The notes under the pieces are model-generated. The model did not search any database, was not told the origin of the DNA, and saw only the letters and a program-made list of their open reading frames with translations. Shown here in pieces: positions 22,780 through 37,542 of a DNA stretch of 64,000 bases (position 1 is the first letter of the stretch; each line of letters starts with the position of its first letter). The stretch comes from Diadema antillarum (Eukaryota): contig NW_027271380.1 in assembly GCF_040938485.1 (NCBI RefSeq), forward strand, positions 1,860,001-1,924,000. Direction: 5' to 3'. Both the position numbers and the translations under genes were made by a program.

Positions 22780-25753
22780 GGGGGCTACCATGACCGTACA
22801 AAACTTAACGAGCCCTAACAGACAGAAATACCACTCTTGCAGAACATATTTCTGAGTTGATTTAATGCATGGTGAAATCCAGCTAGGATGCTTGCATATA
22901 TATTCACATCAACTTCAATGCTAAACTGAAAAAAAAAAAGAAAGAGAGCAACGTACAGTCTGTGGTTACATAATAAAACAGTCAATTACAATTCACTATA
23001 TTCCTGTACAAATATATTTTGTGTACTCATGAAGTTATTAAAAAGAATATTGAAAAATAATCACATTGAAAAGTCTGTGTGATGCCATGTAACAGAAAAA
23101 ATCAATAATTCCAAAGGTCAGTATAATATGCTGTATACAGTAGTATATACAAATTCCAAATTTCTTGTGCCAAATGAGCAGAATCTTTTCAAAGTATCGA
23201 GTGATAAATTAAGGTAATATCAAAAAATATCTAAAGAAAATTTACTCATTCAGTAAATAGTACACTGACATCTGTCAAAACAAGTATTAATTTGATAGAA
23301 ATCATCATTTTCTTTCTTGCCTGTTTTTGTAGTTCTCGCTGGAAGCACATGTCCATGAATACACGATGGAAAAATAACTCGTATGTACACTCTACTTACG
23401 TAATCTCACAAGCATGGAGGTAATACGGACATACACAGGTAATTTTCATTAATATCTGTACATACTTCCTTTTTCATGTTACGGCTGTAAGAGCATAAAA
23501 CAGCGATTACGCTCTGTGAATGTTTGGTACAGTGTCATGACAATGTGCAAGAAACAGTTTCTTCCCATCCCGCTTATCAGTGGGGGCAGGGGATGAGATA
23601 AAAATAGCGGGAATAACGTTTTCCTCGGTATTAGAAGTGAATTGCAAGAATTTTGAGATTCCATAAAGCACATTTATTATATGATGAGTCGCGTCTGATT
23701 GGCATTCAATATAATATACTTCTACAAACAAAGGCAAATTCTGATGCACGAACGTCCAAAAAAAAAAAAAAGGTCCATGTCACTTTAACACCTCTGTGTG
23801 GCTAGTGTTTATTTTGACTAGGATATCTTGAAATGGGGTAAGTGGCAAGAAATTGAAACATTCTATGATATATTATCACTTATGAGCCACCTCCTAGAAA
23901 TGTCTTTCTGAAGCTGATATTTTTCTGGCCCTTGTACCTATCATCATTTGCAGATATCATCATTATCTTCTTCATCAATTAGGGGTGTTAAGCTCACAGC
24001 AGTTTGAAGTTGATAGGATTTTTCTTTCTTTCTTTCTTTTTTGCAAAAAAAAAAAAAAGATGAAAAAAATCTTGATATGACTGTGACATTGCAATTATAC
24101 AGCCAGCACTGTGTTGCTTTTGTCTTCTACCTTACACTAAATGTATAGAAATTAATAAGAACTTGTTTCATCATCAAACTTTATACATCCTGTTTCTCTA
24201 GACATAATGTGCATTCAAGCTCGTTTGCCTACAATTAGTAAAATAATGAAAAACTACATAGCTCTTCACATTCTTTTAAATATCTTAATCTATTGCAGGG
24301 AGCTCTTGTTACAAGCTGTATGTATAGATGAATCAACTACAGGCTGTGAAAAAAGGACTACTTTTTGAAGTGAAGGAAAGAAAAATATATTTCTATCATT
24401 TCTTGAGTGCAAGACACGTTAAAAATGCTCACAAAGCTATTTGGTTTTGCCAAATTCAAAGGTGAATATTTCTTTAAGGCACTCCTTTGATGAATTAAAA
24501 TAAAAAGGAAAATCAGATCTAGACCTAGATCAAATGAAATCTGAATTTAATGAGTTCTACATCCATAAAGCATTCACAGAATCTTTCATATGAAATATTG
24601 TATCATGTTTTTAAAAACCAGTGGAGGAGAATTGATAGTATATTTATGCCATTCTAATTCATAGAACAGAAAGCTTCTCACCTTCTTAGAATGCACATCC
24701 ACGCATGTTTTGGGAATACACTTTGAAAACTATTACTATTACATGTAGCAAGTATACTCTCTGTGATGCTTCTACCATACTGTACACAGTTTGGAGGGGG
24801 GACTTTGAAATCTCCACTATCAATTCAATTCAGATTGCATTTCCAACATCACAAATTCTTCCAAATACGATAATCACTTCAGCTTTGGTGTCCTCTTGAT
24901 ATTGAAAAAAAAAACAACAACACTGAGACGTGCATTGCGTACTTCGTAGAGTTGGTATGTTCTGTGGCTCCGGAGTAAAAGCTGGGAATGTTGTTGTCAC
25001 AGGATACTTCTTCTTTTTTTCGAATTTTCTAAATTCTAGGTTTTATGGAATTGCTGTGGTGTGTTTTTTTCTTTTATAAGCATAACTACCCTATGTTTAT
25101 CATACATTTGTATGTACTAAGGGATTATCTCTGACAGAAATAGCAAGTTAGTTCAGAATGCACAAATTGAACATTTCCAACAAACACACTACCAGCAGCA
25201 CAACAGTATTTGGAGACTGCCATTTGTTTTGTTTCTTCATTGAGTACAGTTAGTATGTTACATTTTGGATAATGACGGAATGAAGCAGACATGTAGTTAC
25301 ACACACTGTACTGTTCTTTTAGCTGTGAATACACAGATATTCATACTTGCTAATTTTTCTAACATACAGAAATAAATGTATGCATTTTAATAGAAAAATC
25401 AAACCCCTTGAATTTGACTTTCACTCCTCTCTTCATAACCCTGTCAATAAGTAATCATTCAGAATACAGTTATACCTCATTCATAGCAATGTCAAGGTGC
25501 TCTTGTTGTTGTTATAAGACACAGGTAAGGAACACATAGAGGGTTGAACTCATTGACATGTAGCCACAATTATTTCAAACAAATGAGTATTTCTATCTTC
25601 TCTTTTTGTTTTTCTTTGTCCTACACAACATCGCTCCAGACACATCCATTATAACTGAATACAATAAGGCAAGTGGGTCATAAATAAAGCCTTGTAACCC
25701 TATTGGCAGCATGTTACACTGAATGAAAAGTAGGACCCACATTCTGGTAACTG

Positions 25754-26313
25754 GGGGCCCTTTCAGACATATCGACTCCTCGTATATTCATATGACATAC
25801 GGATATATACGACATATTGACATGAGTCCATTCAAAAACAACACCCCGTTGTTCGATTAAAGTATGGGAGTATTCAGACGTTGCACTCAGTTGAACTTCC
25901 GTGGGATGCTAATTACATGTATTGAGTTTCTCTGTTGCCCAGTACCAATTTTGTGCAGGCTCTGCGCTTCATGTTTATACTTTGTGCTGGAATCATCAGT
26001 AGTAGATGTCGGGCCCCAAGTGTGCATTGCAAATAAGCCCCACCAACTTACACGACATATGGATACGCAAGAACTTTCAGATGCAAAAAAAAAAAAAAGT
26101 TGTATAGATACTGCATACTCCAATTGTACAAAATGATGCTAAAAACATCCTTTTGAAAAATGTGCTACATTGAAACGATGTAATATGACGGCATTCAGAC
26201 TGGAAAAAAATGTGCTATATCCATACGTCGTATATCCATATGTCGTATATCCGTATATCGTATATCCATACGTTGTATATTGATACGAGAACTCTCTCGT
26301 CTGAAATGGGGCT
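25754..26313. mobile_element. Degenerate TIR element (Harbinger-like ends) with internal 15-bp TATATCCATACGTCG-type repeats
   Basis: ggccctttcagac...ctcgtat on the left and atacgag...gtctgaaatgggg on the right. TSD not resolved. Confidence 0.45.
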
Positions 26314-27801
26314 GTATCATTAAAGTTTTTTTTTTTGGGGGGGGATGTATACATGACAACTGTCATACCACAGTAGTACAGTATTTGGACACTAAAGCTA
26401 CTGGTCTACAAATTACTATTTAAGACTAACCATTTACCATCCCTCACATCTCAAATTACAAACGTGTTTACTGAGGGCAAATTACTATTCTGGATAGCAG
26501 GTCACTGTGTGTTATATTTCTAGTCATCTGATATATATAGCAAACAGCTGTAACTAGCAAAAAATTAAAAGCAAAAAATATCATTAAACTGAATGACTTC
26601 ATTACACATATAAAAAAGAATGATCTACTTCGAGTGGACTGAATACATCTTGAATAGAATATATACCTTGTTAGAGTAATAGGCCATGTCTTTCAATAGA
26701 ATTAATAGTTGATGCAGTATCAAAAAGTACACACAGTCTATGGAATGCTAAATCAATTTCATTTGTTTTGTCAACACAGACACAACATTACTGAATGCTG
26801 AATACAGATGTTCTAAAATAGTTGTGCTTATACAAAAATAAAGGACCAATATACAATGTACTCAGTACCCTTAAACAAATGTACTGGAGGGGGGAAAAAA
26901 TGAGAAATCACAACTTGGTTCATATATATAAAAAAAACAACATATTAGCAAATAGTACTCATGTGATATTTATGACAACTCTTACGGTTTATCCTCACCA
27001 ATGTTAGTCGAGTTTTGCTCTGAACAACAGAGTACAATACATGATAACAATGTCACATCATCATCATCATTATTAAACATACAAAGAACATTTTGTACAA
27101 CATCTTGAGGATCTTTCTTTATCAAAAGAAAGGAAACCTTCTATGCATCATGTCGGAGTGCTCTTACACAAGTGGCATTCATACGTGAAGGTTGAGAAGA
27201 CACACACTGTGTCTGTGTGTAGTCATGGCACAAATGATTACATCCATTTGATAGTATACATGCCCTATCTCCCTTCTGGTCCTCCAGTCATGTTCTGATC
27301 AAGCTTCCTATTCTGACCTTAAATCCCTCCCCCACTCTTCATGAAACAGGATTTATCAGCAAAGCAGAGAGAAGAGAGCACATGCCAAGCAACATTGCAT
27401 TTGCGTCACTCTGCACCAAGGACAGCGATTGCAGGCCATCAAGATTCACAGCACATTCTGGTCTTCGTGCCTTAAAATATCAAGTCCTGGATATTTCTTT
27501 GCTGTACAAAAATAACTGATTTCGTCATCACTAAGTTTGCACCTTTTACTTCATATCTTATGTGGGGGAAAAGATTAGACGGAAGTGGTTAAATTTTCTA
27601 AATCTGCAGAAATCCACTGAGAAATTTTACAAACACTTGCTTATTTGAGAGGGAGGCAGGAACTTTAGTCTACTAATAAGTATGCTGCCAATCTAAGCAT
27701 CAATCACAAAGTTAGCAATTTTGATATTTTTCAACATTATGCAACCCAAATAGATGCTTACATTGTACATACGCTTGTATGAACAAACAAGGGCTCATCT
27801 G

Positions 27802-27941
27802 GGGGGCATTTCATGAAGCGTTTTGGTCCCGGATATTTTTCTGACAAGTTGTTACAAGCTACTGAAATCCTTGCATCTGATTGGCTGAGAGCAAATTTGT
27901 CCCACCAATATGTCAGACAAAACGCTTCATGAAATGCCTCC
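27802..27941. mobile_element. PIF/Harbinger-type MITE, 3-bp CTG TSD
   Basis: TIRs GGGGGCATTTCATGAAGCGTTTTG and CAAAACGCTTCATGAAATGCCTCC. CTG at 27799-27801 and 27942-27944. Confidence 0.8.
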
Positions 27942-28336
27942 CTGAAAGAGTTTCTTAGTCGACCTTGTGAAATAATTGTGATGAAAAATAAAGATAAAAT
28001 TAAAAAAGAAGGGACAATACACCACAGAAATGTTTTTTGTTGTATTTTTTTTTTCTGAGACTTGATGAGTTTAAGATGAGACTAAGCCACCATATGATTT
28101 ACCATTCATCAACAGAATATGGGCATCCATGCTCAGTAGTACGGGTGTGATACATACGCACATGTTACACTTAACATGCATCATATAGTGAGCCAATTAA
28201 AAACTACACCTTGACCTTACAGGAATATGATTAGCTTAAACCTAAACCCACTTTCACCACTTATATCTCACTGTGAATGTTTGTGTCTTATATCTATACA
28301 ATCCCACAGTCGGGTGACCTTATAATTGCTGACAAA

Positions 28337-28403
28337 CAAAATCTGGATAAGACCAATGCCTTTGTTGAATACAAAATCCGGATAAGACCAATGCCTTTGT
28401 TGA
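28337..28403. repeat. 35-bp tandem duplication
   Basis: caaaatc(t/c)ggataagaccaatgcctttgttga occurs twice. Confidence 0.85.
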
Positions 28404-30489
28404 CCTCTGTTCCATTCTTTCATCAAACTGTAATGGATGCACTGGATACTATCGCCATGCTGTCACAATTTCAAAATCAAACTTTATGTTCCGTGCATAC
28501 TTCTTCGTTGGCAATTTTACTGGCGCGAATTGAGAGAAATAAAAAATGGCTTCACTCGAATGCTTATTTAGACATGCACATCAAGACTATATAGAAGGTT
28601 CTATGTTGTATAAGGCTGAATTTGCACTTTATGCAGAGCAGACTGACCTATTATGAAATTTGCATTCTCATCAATTACTTAAATTATATACATGCAAAAT
28701 GAGTTGGGGGGAAAAAAATCAGGCATTATAATCAATGCAATGTATCATGTATTTTTTAAGGCACATTTGGGTCAAGAGAAGAAGTATCTTTCTGTATTTT
28801 AAACAATAAGGTATGAAAGATTAACATTGGAGAAGAATTTGTGGTTATCTGGGGTCAGTCTACGGCATCTGCTTCTAGCCTGTCTATCTGCATGAAGAAG
28901 TGTGGTAAAAACATCTAAGAGGGTTCCTGTCTCACATCCAGGAGAGGATATCTTCAAAGTCACACTGCTCACGACCTTCTAATCACGAAACACCTAAGTT
29001 CATTGACTGGACCAGGAGAGTCAACAAATCCTACTGGCATATTATATGAATAATGTGGGAATCCCAGTTAATTATTGTTCAAATCGTAATAAATCTCTGG
29101 ATAATGCTATCGAATTATACATCAAACCCATCATAGATTCTAAAGGACATCAAGGTTATATCTAATACAGGCCTATGCCACATACAACATGGTTGTTTGA
29201 TAAATATTCCACATTGTACAGGTAATCCATTGTTCAGTTGCATTGTTCAACATGTTTATCTGGGTTTCCCTCCCCCCCCCCCCCCCCCCCCAACAATGTC
29301 CTCCCTATCAACTATGAGAGCTTGGTTTGAACAAACCAACATACTTCTAACATGATACTGAATCTCTTTACTCAGTCATCTCTCAAGAAACAGCATGCCA
29401 CTGTCCCATATCAGCTCCCACCTTCCAGTTGTCGTCTGGGGTGCATGACATTGCATATTGAATGACGCTCGCAAAGGTGCGTCATCTCAGTGGTAAGATA
29501 CGAGGGGGAGGGGGGGGGGGGGTTCCAGGACCATTCAAACCGGCTCACAGGGTGCTTGAATGTTATCTCGGCAATGCAGCAGGGTAACTTAGGCTTGATC
29601 CAGCTGCGTTACCTGTAAGGCTGGCAATAATACCAAAACTTTCGAGGATTCCCTCTATACAGGACTGGCCTCTCTCTTGAATCACGGCATGTGGGTGTAT
29701 GTCTCTCTTAACATTTAGGGAGGCCTGACTTACAATCTTGTGGAATATAAAGTCATTAACATATTAACTCATTCACTTTGTCCCTATGATATCCCCATGG
29801 ACATGACATTTCACAGAATACACTAGGTACCCACATCCAATGGGTTGATGATGTATTCATCAACAAGCACTTCGTGAATACAGGCGAATCCCTCCGCAAG
29901 CAAGTCATTCATCCACAGCACTGAACGAGTTGCTCTAAATCTGTACTAGCGTTTGGCTCGTAGATCTGCGAAAGTGAGTAGGATGATACAGGGAGCAAGA
30001 GGAGCACAACTGTTGGTGAATACACTACTGATGAATTTTCACAGCAGCTCCAGCAATATTTTGTTTCAGAGCAATATGATCAGAGCGAAGACAGCAACCA
30101 AGTAAAGCTTGTATGGAAATAAGCTATGCTCAATAATTGGAATACAGAATGCCTGACATTATTTTGGTATAATACTTTCTCTGAGATGTTTGCTCTTTGA
30201 CTGGACCACTGTGACTGATGTGACATCAAACTTGCATCGTATGCTGTACCTCTTTCTTCACAGCCAAGGCCACACGCATAGCAGCTATTTTCACTGAATA
30301 CAGCCAGCTTGGGTCCTCACAACATAGACTTGTTCTCACTCACACCATTATGGCAAAGGTTATTCTTGTCACATATAAATCCTCAAATGAATGAATCTTG
30401 AAGCTGCTTTCTCCCCTCTTCCACTGGAAATATTAATAGCAAGAATGTTTTGTTCTGTCTTTGTTCAGACACGCAACGTGCCTTGCACC

Positions 30490-31307
30490 TCATAGTGTGC
30501 ATTCTTCATTGTCACTGGTGACGAGCGCTTCTTGGTCGTCTGGCGGATGTTTGATCTTCACCGGAGGTTGCCTGATCTCTTCATGCGGCGCGCTCTTGTC
30601 CTTCCGAAGGCTCCCCTTGTCTCCGCCACCTAAGAGGTAGCTCTTGTCACCTTTGGACTCTTTGGTCTCCTCACTATTGACCTCGCCTCCCTCGCCAGAC
30701 TGAGGATCGTTTGTGTGGTCGTGCACCTCGTCCTCGTCGCTGAGTTCATCCAGACTGCCCAGACTCGCCATGGACTGTGACAACGCCGGCGAGACGCCGA
30801 GGGAGGAGGGCTTCTTCTTGGAGAGCGTGTTGCGCTGGTTGGCAGGCTTCACAGTAATGATGAGGTTGGCGCTGTTGGCCACCATCATATCAGTCACTTG
30901 GTCTAGGTTCTTGCCCGACACCTCAATACCATTCACCTCTAAGACCTCATCGTTGACTCCCAGCAGTCCCGTGCTCTCGGCCAAACCTCCAGGCACCAGG
31001 CGCGAGATGAAGATGCCGGGAACCTTCTCCAGACCGTGTGGTGTGACCCGCATGCTGGTTCCGTCTCGGATGTAGAAACCAAGCGGCTTGTCCGAGCCGT
31101 GCTTGTGGAGCTTGACTCGGCGATGCGTCTGCGGCACGATGTCGACGTCGATGATGGCCGAGACCCTACGGAAGTCCTGCGGGAGGCCGATGGCCTTGAA
31201 TGGCTTTATCGGCTTTGGCGTCGTGTTGACTTGAAGGTACTGTGTGATCTTGTTCTTTCTCCTGGGTATTGTGTTCCCAAATGTGACCGTGCTCTCATTC
31301 ACCTCAT
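30490..31307 (-). CDS. PARD6: par-6 coding exon 3: semi-CRIB ([17 protein letters not shown]), PDZ domain, C-terminal ...EECTL*
   Basis: cacacag|AT GAG, 818 bp to [13 protein letters not shown]...[21 protein letters not shown] is the Par-6 PDZ. Confidence 0.97.
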
Positions 31308-31887
31308 CTGTGTGAAAACGATAACACCAAAGTAGTGATAAGTCTGGACAAATATTACTCAGGCCTTCAACAAAAATCAAAGGAATGAGATTGACATTCA
31401 CATTACACATCTTGTAATGTTTATGTTTAAGTCAGCACATTTAGGGGAAAATGTAATAACATTCACAACATTCAAATGATGACTTAGTGGGCAGACAACT
31501 CTACTGCTTGCAATTACAGGTGAATACAAACTTGTAACAGATTTGAACAGTTAATAAAATGTCTTACATCACATTAGAAGAAAACAGAAATCAAACTTTC
31601 CCAACCTCACCTTCACTGTTTTGATCAATGGGGAAAATACTTTTGACAAAGTTCTGTACAATCCTATGTGAAAAAACCTGCTACACACAAGAAATTTAGT
31701 ATAGCAGTCTTTTCAAAATGCATAGCAAACTGCGATGCGATACCAGAAAAATTACTCCCTGCAACTAAAAAGCTAGTACAGCTAGACTTGTTCATGGACT
31801 CTGTGGGCGCTATTTCTGACATATTCAGAATGGAACCCTCTGACATGAACATTTTTCTTGTATCATCTCAAATAGAGTGCAGATTAA

Positions 31888-32389
31888 CTCTTTATGTGCC
31901 ATGTACGCACGCCCGGCTCAGTCAACGGCGTGCCAGCTTCGCATATTCTGCTCAAATGCGCAAACTCACCCAAATTGATCAATAAATCGCCAAATGTCAC
32001 AGTACAATGAAAGTGTTTCTCGTAATTCCATTCCTCTGTTACATAGCTTGCATTTTATGTGGTGATTGACTAGCAAGTGGTGTTCCCTAGTCGATTTGGG
32101 TCTACATTACAAGTTTCTGTAACTGTTTTGTGTACAATGTTCATGCCTTTACAGAAAAGTAGCTACTGATCATTTTATAGAAAAAAGACAGAGAGATTTG
32201 TCATACAATTTGCATCAAAGCAAAGCTTGGCATTTTCTTTACAACTTTTGCTCTCTACATGTTCAACTTAACAGAAATTTATAAAAGTTATACAGATTTT
32301 AAAAACAGAATGTTTTCTCAAAGCATGACTAGGTTGGTGTCTCAGAATAATGTGGCACAAAGAGGGTTTCCACCATGGCACATAAAGAG
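31888..32389. mobile_element. piggyBac-like MITE in par-6 intron 2, TTAA TSD
   Basis: Perfect 16-bp TIR CTCTTTATGTGCCATG. TTAA at 31884-31887 and 32390-32393. Pyrimidine (CTC) termini. Confidence 0.8.
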
Positions 32390-33398
32390 TTAAAGAGGAT
32401 GAAGGCCATGGGATATATAGGCCTATGCACAAACAATGCAAAGGATCTTCTACAGGGTCAATACATTTGAATCACAAAATCCACTGTAAGCTGCTTATTC
32501 CAGCAACCAGAAGAGAAAATCTTGATGGCTGAATAAAAGAGAAGGGAGTTTAAAAAATAGCCCTGCACAAAGTCCATCGTGGAGTTAGCAGCCTTCTGGT
32601 TCTTGGTGAATGACAGAAAGATTTTTAGTTACCAGTATGGACTGCAGCAATCATGTTCTTCTCACTTGGGAAATAGGCAAAAATGATATGTCAACCAGAA
32701 GGTCATGAACTGTAATTTCAGAGTCAAGTCACTCCACAATCATTAAGTTCAAAAAAAAAAAAGTCAAGATACCTTCACATGACCAGTGCTCAGCACATAA
32801 CCTTTTTTGTTAAACATCAAATTTTCATGTCCCCCAAAAAGAAATGTAGTGTCCCAAAGTAAAACCAAGTCCACTTCATCGCTAATAGTAAAAGCATCGG
32901 CCACAAGCACAAACTACTGTACATTGTAGGTATAGAGCAATTTTAACTGGCTACATCATCACACTAGCACAGAGGGCTTTGACGAAAAAAAGTGCCTGGA
33001 TCTTTACATGTACTTGATCTATAACTGAAAGCCACAAGAGGGATACACTGCCACACACAGGGGAGGCAGTTTCTTTTTCAGGAATTTTGATGGCTAAAGA
33101 TGAGTCATTGTAGAGACTTGGGGTGGTCATTGAGTCGTGTCAAGGGTTGCTTTTGTCACTACAAAGTTGCCTTTGGTCTAAAATGCATTCCAACATCATT
33201 ATAAATAATCAATAATTCTCTATTGTGTGATGAAACACTATTCATTAAAGCCAACTTGAACATAAAGATTTCTTTTATGGTGACCTGGCAAAAAGTGATA
33301 TTTCTTTTTAAATACCAGGTACACTGAGATACATTTATTGGTCATATATCTTACTGTTCTTGTTTTTTCTTTGAGTTTACAAAGGAGGAGCTTCATAC

Positions 33399-33621
33399 CT
33401 TTCTTCTGGATGACCACCCTGAGGGGAGGTTTGGAGGATGTGAGAGCTTTCAGATAGTTGTCATCATTGTTGATGGGAAGCAGGTCACCCTGTGGGTCTG
33501 TGTAGCCGACGAGGAACGGCACGTCGTTTAGTCTGTGCATGCGCTCCAGGAACGTGTAGAAGTCCTCGAACGTTGCGACTTTGTTCGGGTTGATGGTGAA
33601 CCGCCGAAACTCTGCATCAAG
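33399..33621 (-). CDS. PARD6: par-6 coding exon 2, PB1 domain (LDAEFRRF...GYTDPQGDLLPINNDDNYLKAL...LRVVIQKK)
   Basis: atacag|CTT...AAA G|gtatga. 223 bp. Hallmark DLLPINNDDN motif. Confidence 0.96.
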
Positions 33622-34648
33622 CTGTATATGAAAAGGAAGCGGGTTGAAAGATTATTAACCATCTATGAATGGACAATTTGCAGGCGATGATTGTAAAATA
33701 ATAAGTCAGAAGTAAAGTTCATGAAACTAACATGGAGCTCAGGTACTGATACAGTCACCCCTGCTTAATCAAGATGGGTCCGGAGACAAGCTTTTTTAAT
33801 GTTTAGGTGGTGCTCCCACTCAGTTCCCGATTATCCAGTGAGCACTGTACTATATCATAATCAAAAACACATACATAAATCAAAAGGAATTAAGGATGCA
33901 CACAACTATTATGTCTGAAAATATTCATTTATAAACTGTCTATCAAAATTTTACAGGTAAAGGCAGTCCAATGATAAACTCCAAAAGTTTTCAACTACTA
34001 GGCCTAATTCAAAATGTTGTGATGGGAATTAGTATTTCTTTAGCTCACAAGTTACTATCGACAGTGACATGCACTGTGTTATGAGATGAATGAATGTACA
34101 GTCGTCATGCTTTCTTTAATAAAAATCAAGGTACTTTACACAACACAAACAATTAACAATAGCTGGACACGTGCACAAACACATGCACACAATTACCCCC
34201 AAAGAACCTCTACACTAAAGGCTCTGCCTATATTTTATGTGGAAAAATCCTACACGCAACTGCAGTTCTGCATCATAAGAGCATTGGACACAGCTTTGCT
34301 TAACACATAATTGTAACATATGACAGGGCCATTTCAAAATGTACACAACAGTTTACATGTACATCAATGAAACTCAAACATATTACATTCTATTAGCTGT
34401 ACTTGCACCTCACACTTCATACATACAGCTGTACGTCAACATGGAAACAGAACAATAACATACACATTATCAATCAGACAATCAGTACTGATATTAACAA
34501 AGACAATGTGGTTCCCAATATTCATCATACAAGTAGAATGTCAAACTCTGGAATTTGAGGAATGTCTGTGAGTCCGCCCCACAACCACCACCATGCATGC
34601 AGCAGTGGTAAGTGTACAGTATGTAATACAATGCTAATTTCCTTGTGC

Positions 34649-34649
<1 letters not shown>

Positions 34650-34684
<35 letters not shown>
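34650..34684. repeat. (GT)n microsatellite
   Basis: Read directly from the sequence. Confidence 0.95.
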
Positions 34685-34687
<3 letters not shown>

Positions 34688-35751
34688 ACTGAATGTGTGT
34701 ATATGTGTGTCTGTACTGTACAGCTACAGCCATCCCCTTCAGCTACACACACATTACTCATTCAGGTGTGAAAAAAACCCCAAAACATTGTATGTACCGG
34801 TACATACATGTAATGCATGCATGCATTTGTACACATGACACATTGGGCATTGTACTGACCACTGAAAAGCTTGCAACTGAATTCTATTTCTAGTGTAAAA
34901 TAATAAAATATGTGTACTTTCATTCCTTATCTGATAGAGTTCATTCATCATTGAGTCCAGACTGTCTACTCAGGTACAAGAAAGTCACATATTTGATTGT
35001 GAGAGGCACATGCATCTCTGCATTAGTAGATTGTTCCTTAGAGTACTGGTATTTGATAATCATACACTATAAAAGGACTCTATCTTGTGAATTACACATC
35101 AAGAGAAAGTTCAAAATCAAAGGCAGTGTTTGTGCAGTAGTCCCATGTTCGAAGAGAGTACTCCCAACACACAAGATGGACAATCCTGATGGACAATTTT
35201 GTCGGGATGTTTCTAGAAAATATTATCTGTTATTTTCATGATCTTTTTTTATTAATTCACCTTATCGTTCCATTAATTCATCTGCATCGTCCCTTTAAGT
35301 CCAGCTATCATCCACCCCTCCCCCCTCAATAGTTTCAAGCTGATACAGGTACCTGAAGGCCAACACAACTTAAATATTTATTGCACTTTTGCAGAGATAA
35401 CACTGGTGACCCTCTTGGTGATGTTTACAACCTGGTGGTTAGCTGGAGGTCGCTCCAAGGAATGTGTCAGCAAGATGTAAATCTCCACAGGTCTTGCACC
35501 CTGAGTGAAAATATACATACAAGGTATGTACAAAGGATACATACTACATTGTATAGTATGTACAAACCAACTGTTTAGATTTTGCATTTTGGTGTCCCCT
35601 TTGTCCCCCCCCCCCCCCCCCCCCCCAACACACACACACACACAGAGGATGGAATACTGAAAGAAAGGGTTTGGTAGCCATGTGTCTTCATGCAACAGCT
35701 GTCAGTCAAAAGAGTTTGTCAAGGTACTGCAAGTACATTTTGTAAGGAGAA

Positions 35752-35797
35752 TTATCCAAGAGAATAGGCCTATTTTATCCAAGAGAATAGGCCTATT
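35752..35797. repeat. 23-bp perfect tandem duplication
   Basis: ttatccaagagaataggcctatt occurs twice. Confidence 0.9.
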
Positions 35798-37501
35798 TAC
35801 AAACACAGTCACGGGAATGGAAATTCCAGTGAGTTGTAACAGAGACACCTTTGAGCATGTGACTTGACTTGAAGTTGTAACACACTATTTGGGCATATTG
35901 TACACTGCATTTATCCACTTTTATTTCTTAAAGCAAGTCATGCTAGTCATCTTCATCGGAAATATGATGATTCAAATCCCCGTAAAGCCTGCACATCACC
36001 TTGTACTTTCTGATGGACTACACACAGTTGTTCCATGACAATAAATGCCATGTTCATTGAAATTGTACATTTTATGTAGACCAGATAATAATGTGGAAAT
36101 AAAACTGTTGCTAATGATCTCTTGCTGTGAGATATTGAAATAACACACACACACAAACACATCCACACAAGCAAACACATATTGTATCTGCTTGCATTGT
36201 TTTCCTGTTGATGAACAAGGTTGAGTTTAAGTTTTGATAACATTAACAATGAGGGGAAAAACTCAACTGCCCTCTATCAGAAGCAAACTCCATGCTGCTA
36301 TATTTAGTATAATTTTTTTTTTTCATGTGTTGATATTTAAAAAGAAGTAATACAGGAGATTACTGGAGAAGGTTCACTTTCTCGGTGACACTTTCCATGC
36401 AAAAATCAACATTGCAGTAATAATTCATGCTGTGATTGTGAAGACATCCAAGATTTTCACATCTTGCACTGGCTGATTTCTCACCAGACAAAATCTGGCT
36501 CAGCTGGTTATGTGAATTTTAAACCTCTCTTGCTTCTTCAAATAAAAGGAAGAAGAAATGGAAGAAGTAGGGCTATGTAGACAGTAGATAGTATGCTCAG
36601 TTTTTCTGCAGACGGCTTTACCTGGGCCAGTGACAGTGGAGCAGCATGTCTCTGCATGCTACTAGCCACGCACAGATCAAACTTCTGACTCTCAAGTTCA
36701 AAGGTCAGCGTTACTCCCCTGACACAGGGGCAGAGACAATGCAATATGCAGGGTATTACAGCACAGCAGGAATGCCACCAGCTATTTCATGCCAAATGCA
36801 ATGGATATATGCTAGGTGTTCAGGTAACCCCCCCAACCACTCACCCTCCCCTACCCCCCCCCCCCCCCCTTCAACGGTGATATATACACTTACAGTGTAA
36901 TCATAACAAATCTTTGCACAGAGGGAGTTATTTTTCCCAAATGATTGCCTGCGCAATAGCGGAGTACGCTTTCACCAATACATGGAAAACCATGAGGACT
37001 TGTAATAGTACGTGGGTAATTGACCAACTTTCACTTTCAACATGGAATTGGCTTTCAGTTTAATTGAGGGTGCAGTCCAACCCAACAACATAACAAAAGA
37101 CATGGGTATCACATGTTGTCATGATGATTTTATTTTTCTGCTTTGATATTTTGAAGAATATGATTCTAATAGGCATATATTCTTGATGGCCTTATAATGG
37201 TATGATCACTTTACTTATCATTTTGTTAATTCATTTAAGCAAAACTCAATCATATAAAAGGCTGTGAATCGACACATGATTAACCATGACATCATATGAG
37301 TTAATGACAAAGTTTGAATGTAAAAATGAAAGAAATAAGGATTAATATGATTTTTAATAACTTTGAAGAGAAAATTTAACTTTCAGTACTTTTACAATAG
37401 GCAAAGGATAAATGCTGATTTTTTCCTGAAGGTTTAAAATCATTACACATAAATTTGCATCACGCACTGCAGAAAAATATGTATTTGCTACATGTAAATT
37501 T

Positions 37502-37503
<2 letters not shown>

Positions 37504-37534
<31 letters not shown>
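37504..37534. repeat. (GT)n microsatellite
   Basis: Read directly from the sequence. Confidence 0.95.

Positions 37535-37542
<8 letters not shown>

Noticed and set aside
30713-31335. Plus-strand ORFs of 120 aa and 99 aa
   Set aside because: Antisense shadows of par-6 exon 3.
37096-37108. 13-nt match to miR-71 (AAAGACATGGGTA)
   Set aside because: No precursor hairpin, and the flanking bases differ from the mature miRNA.
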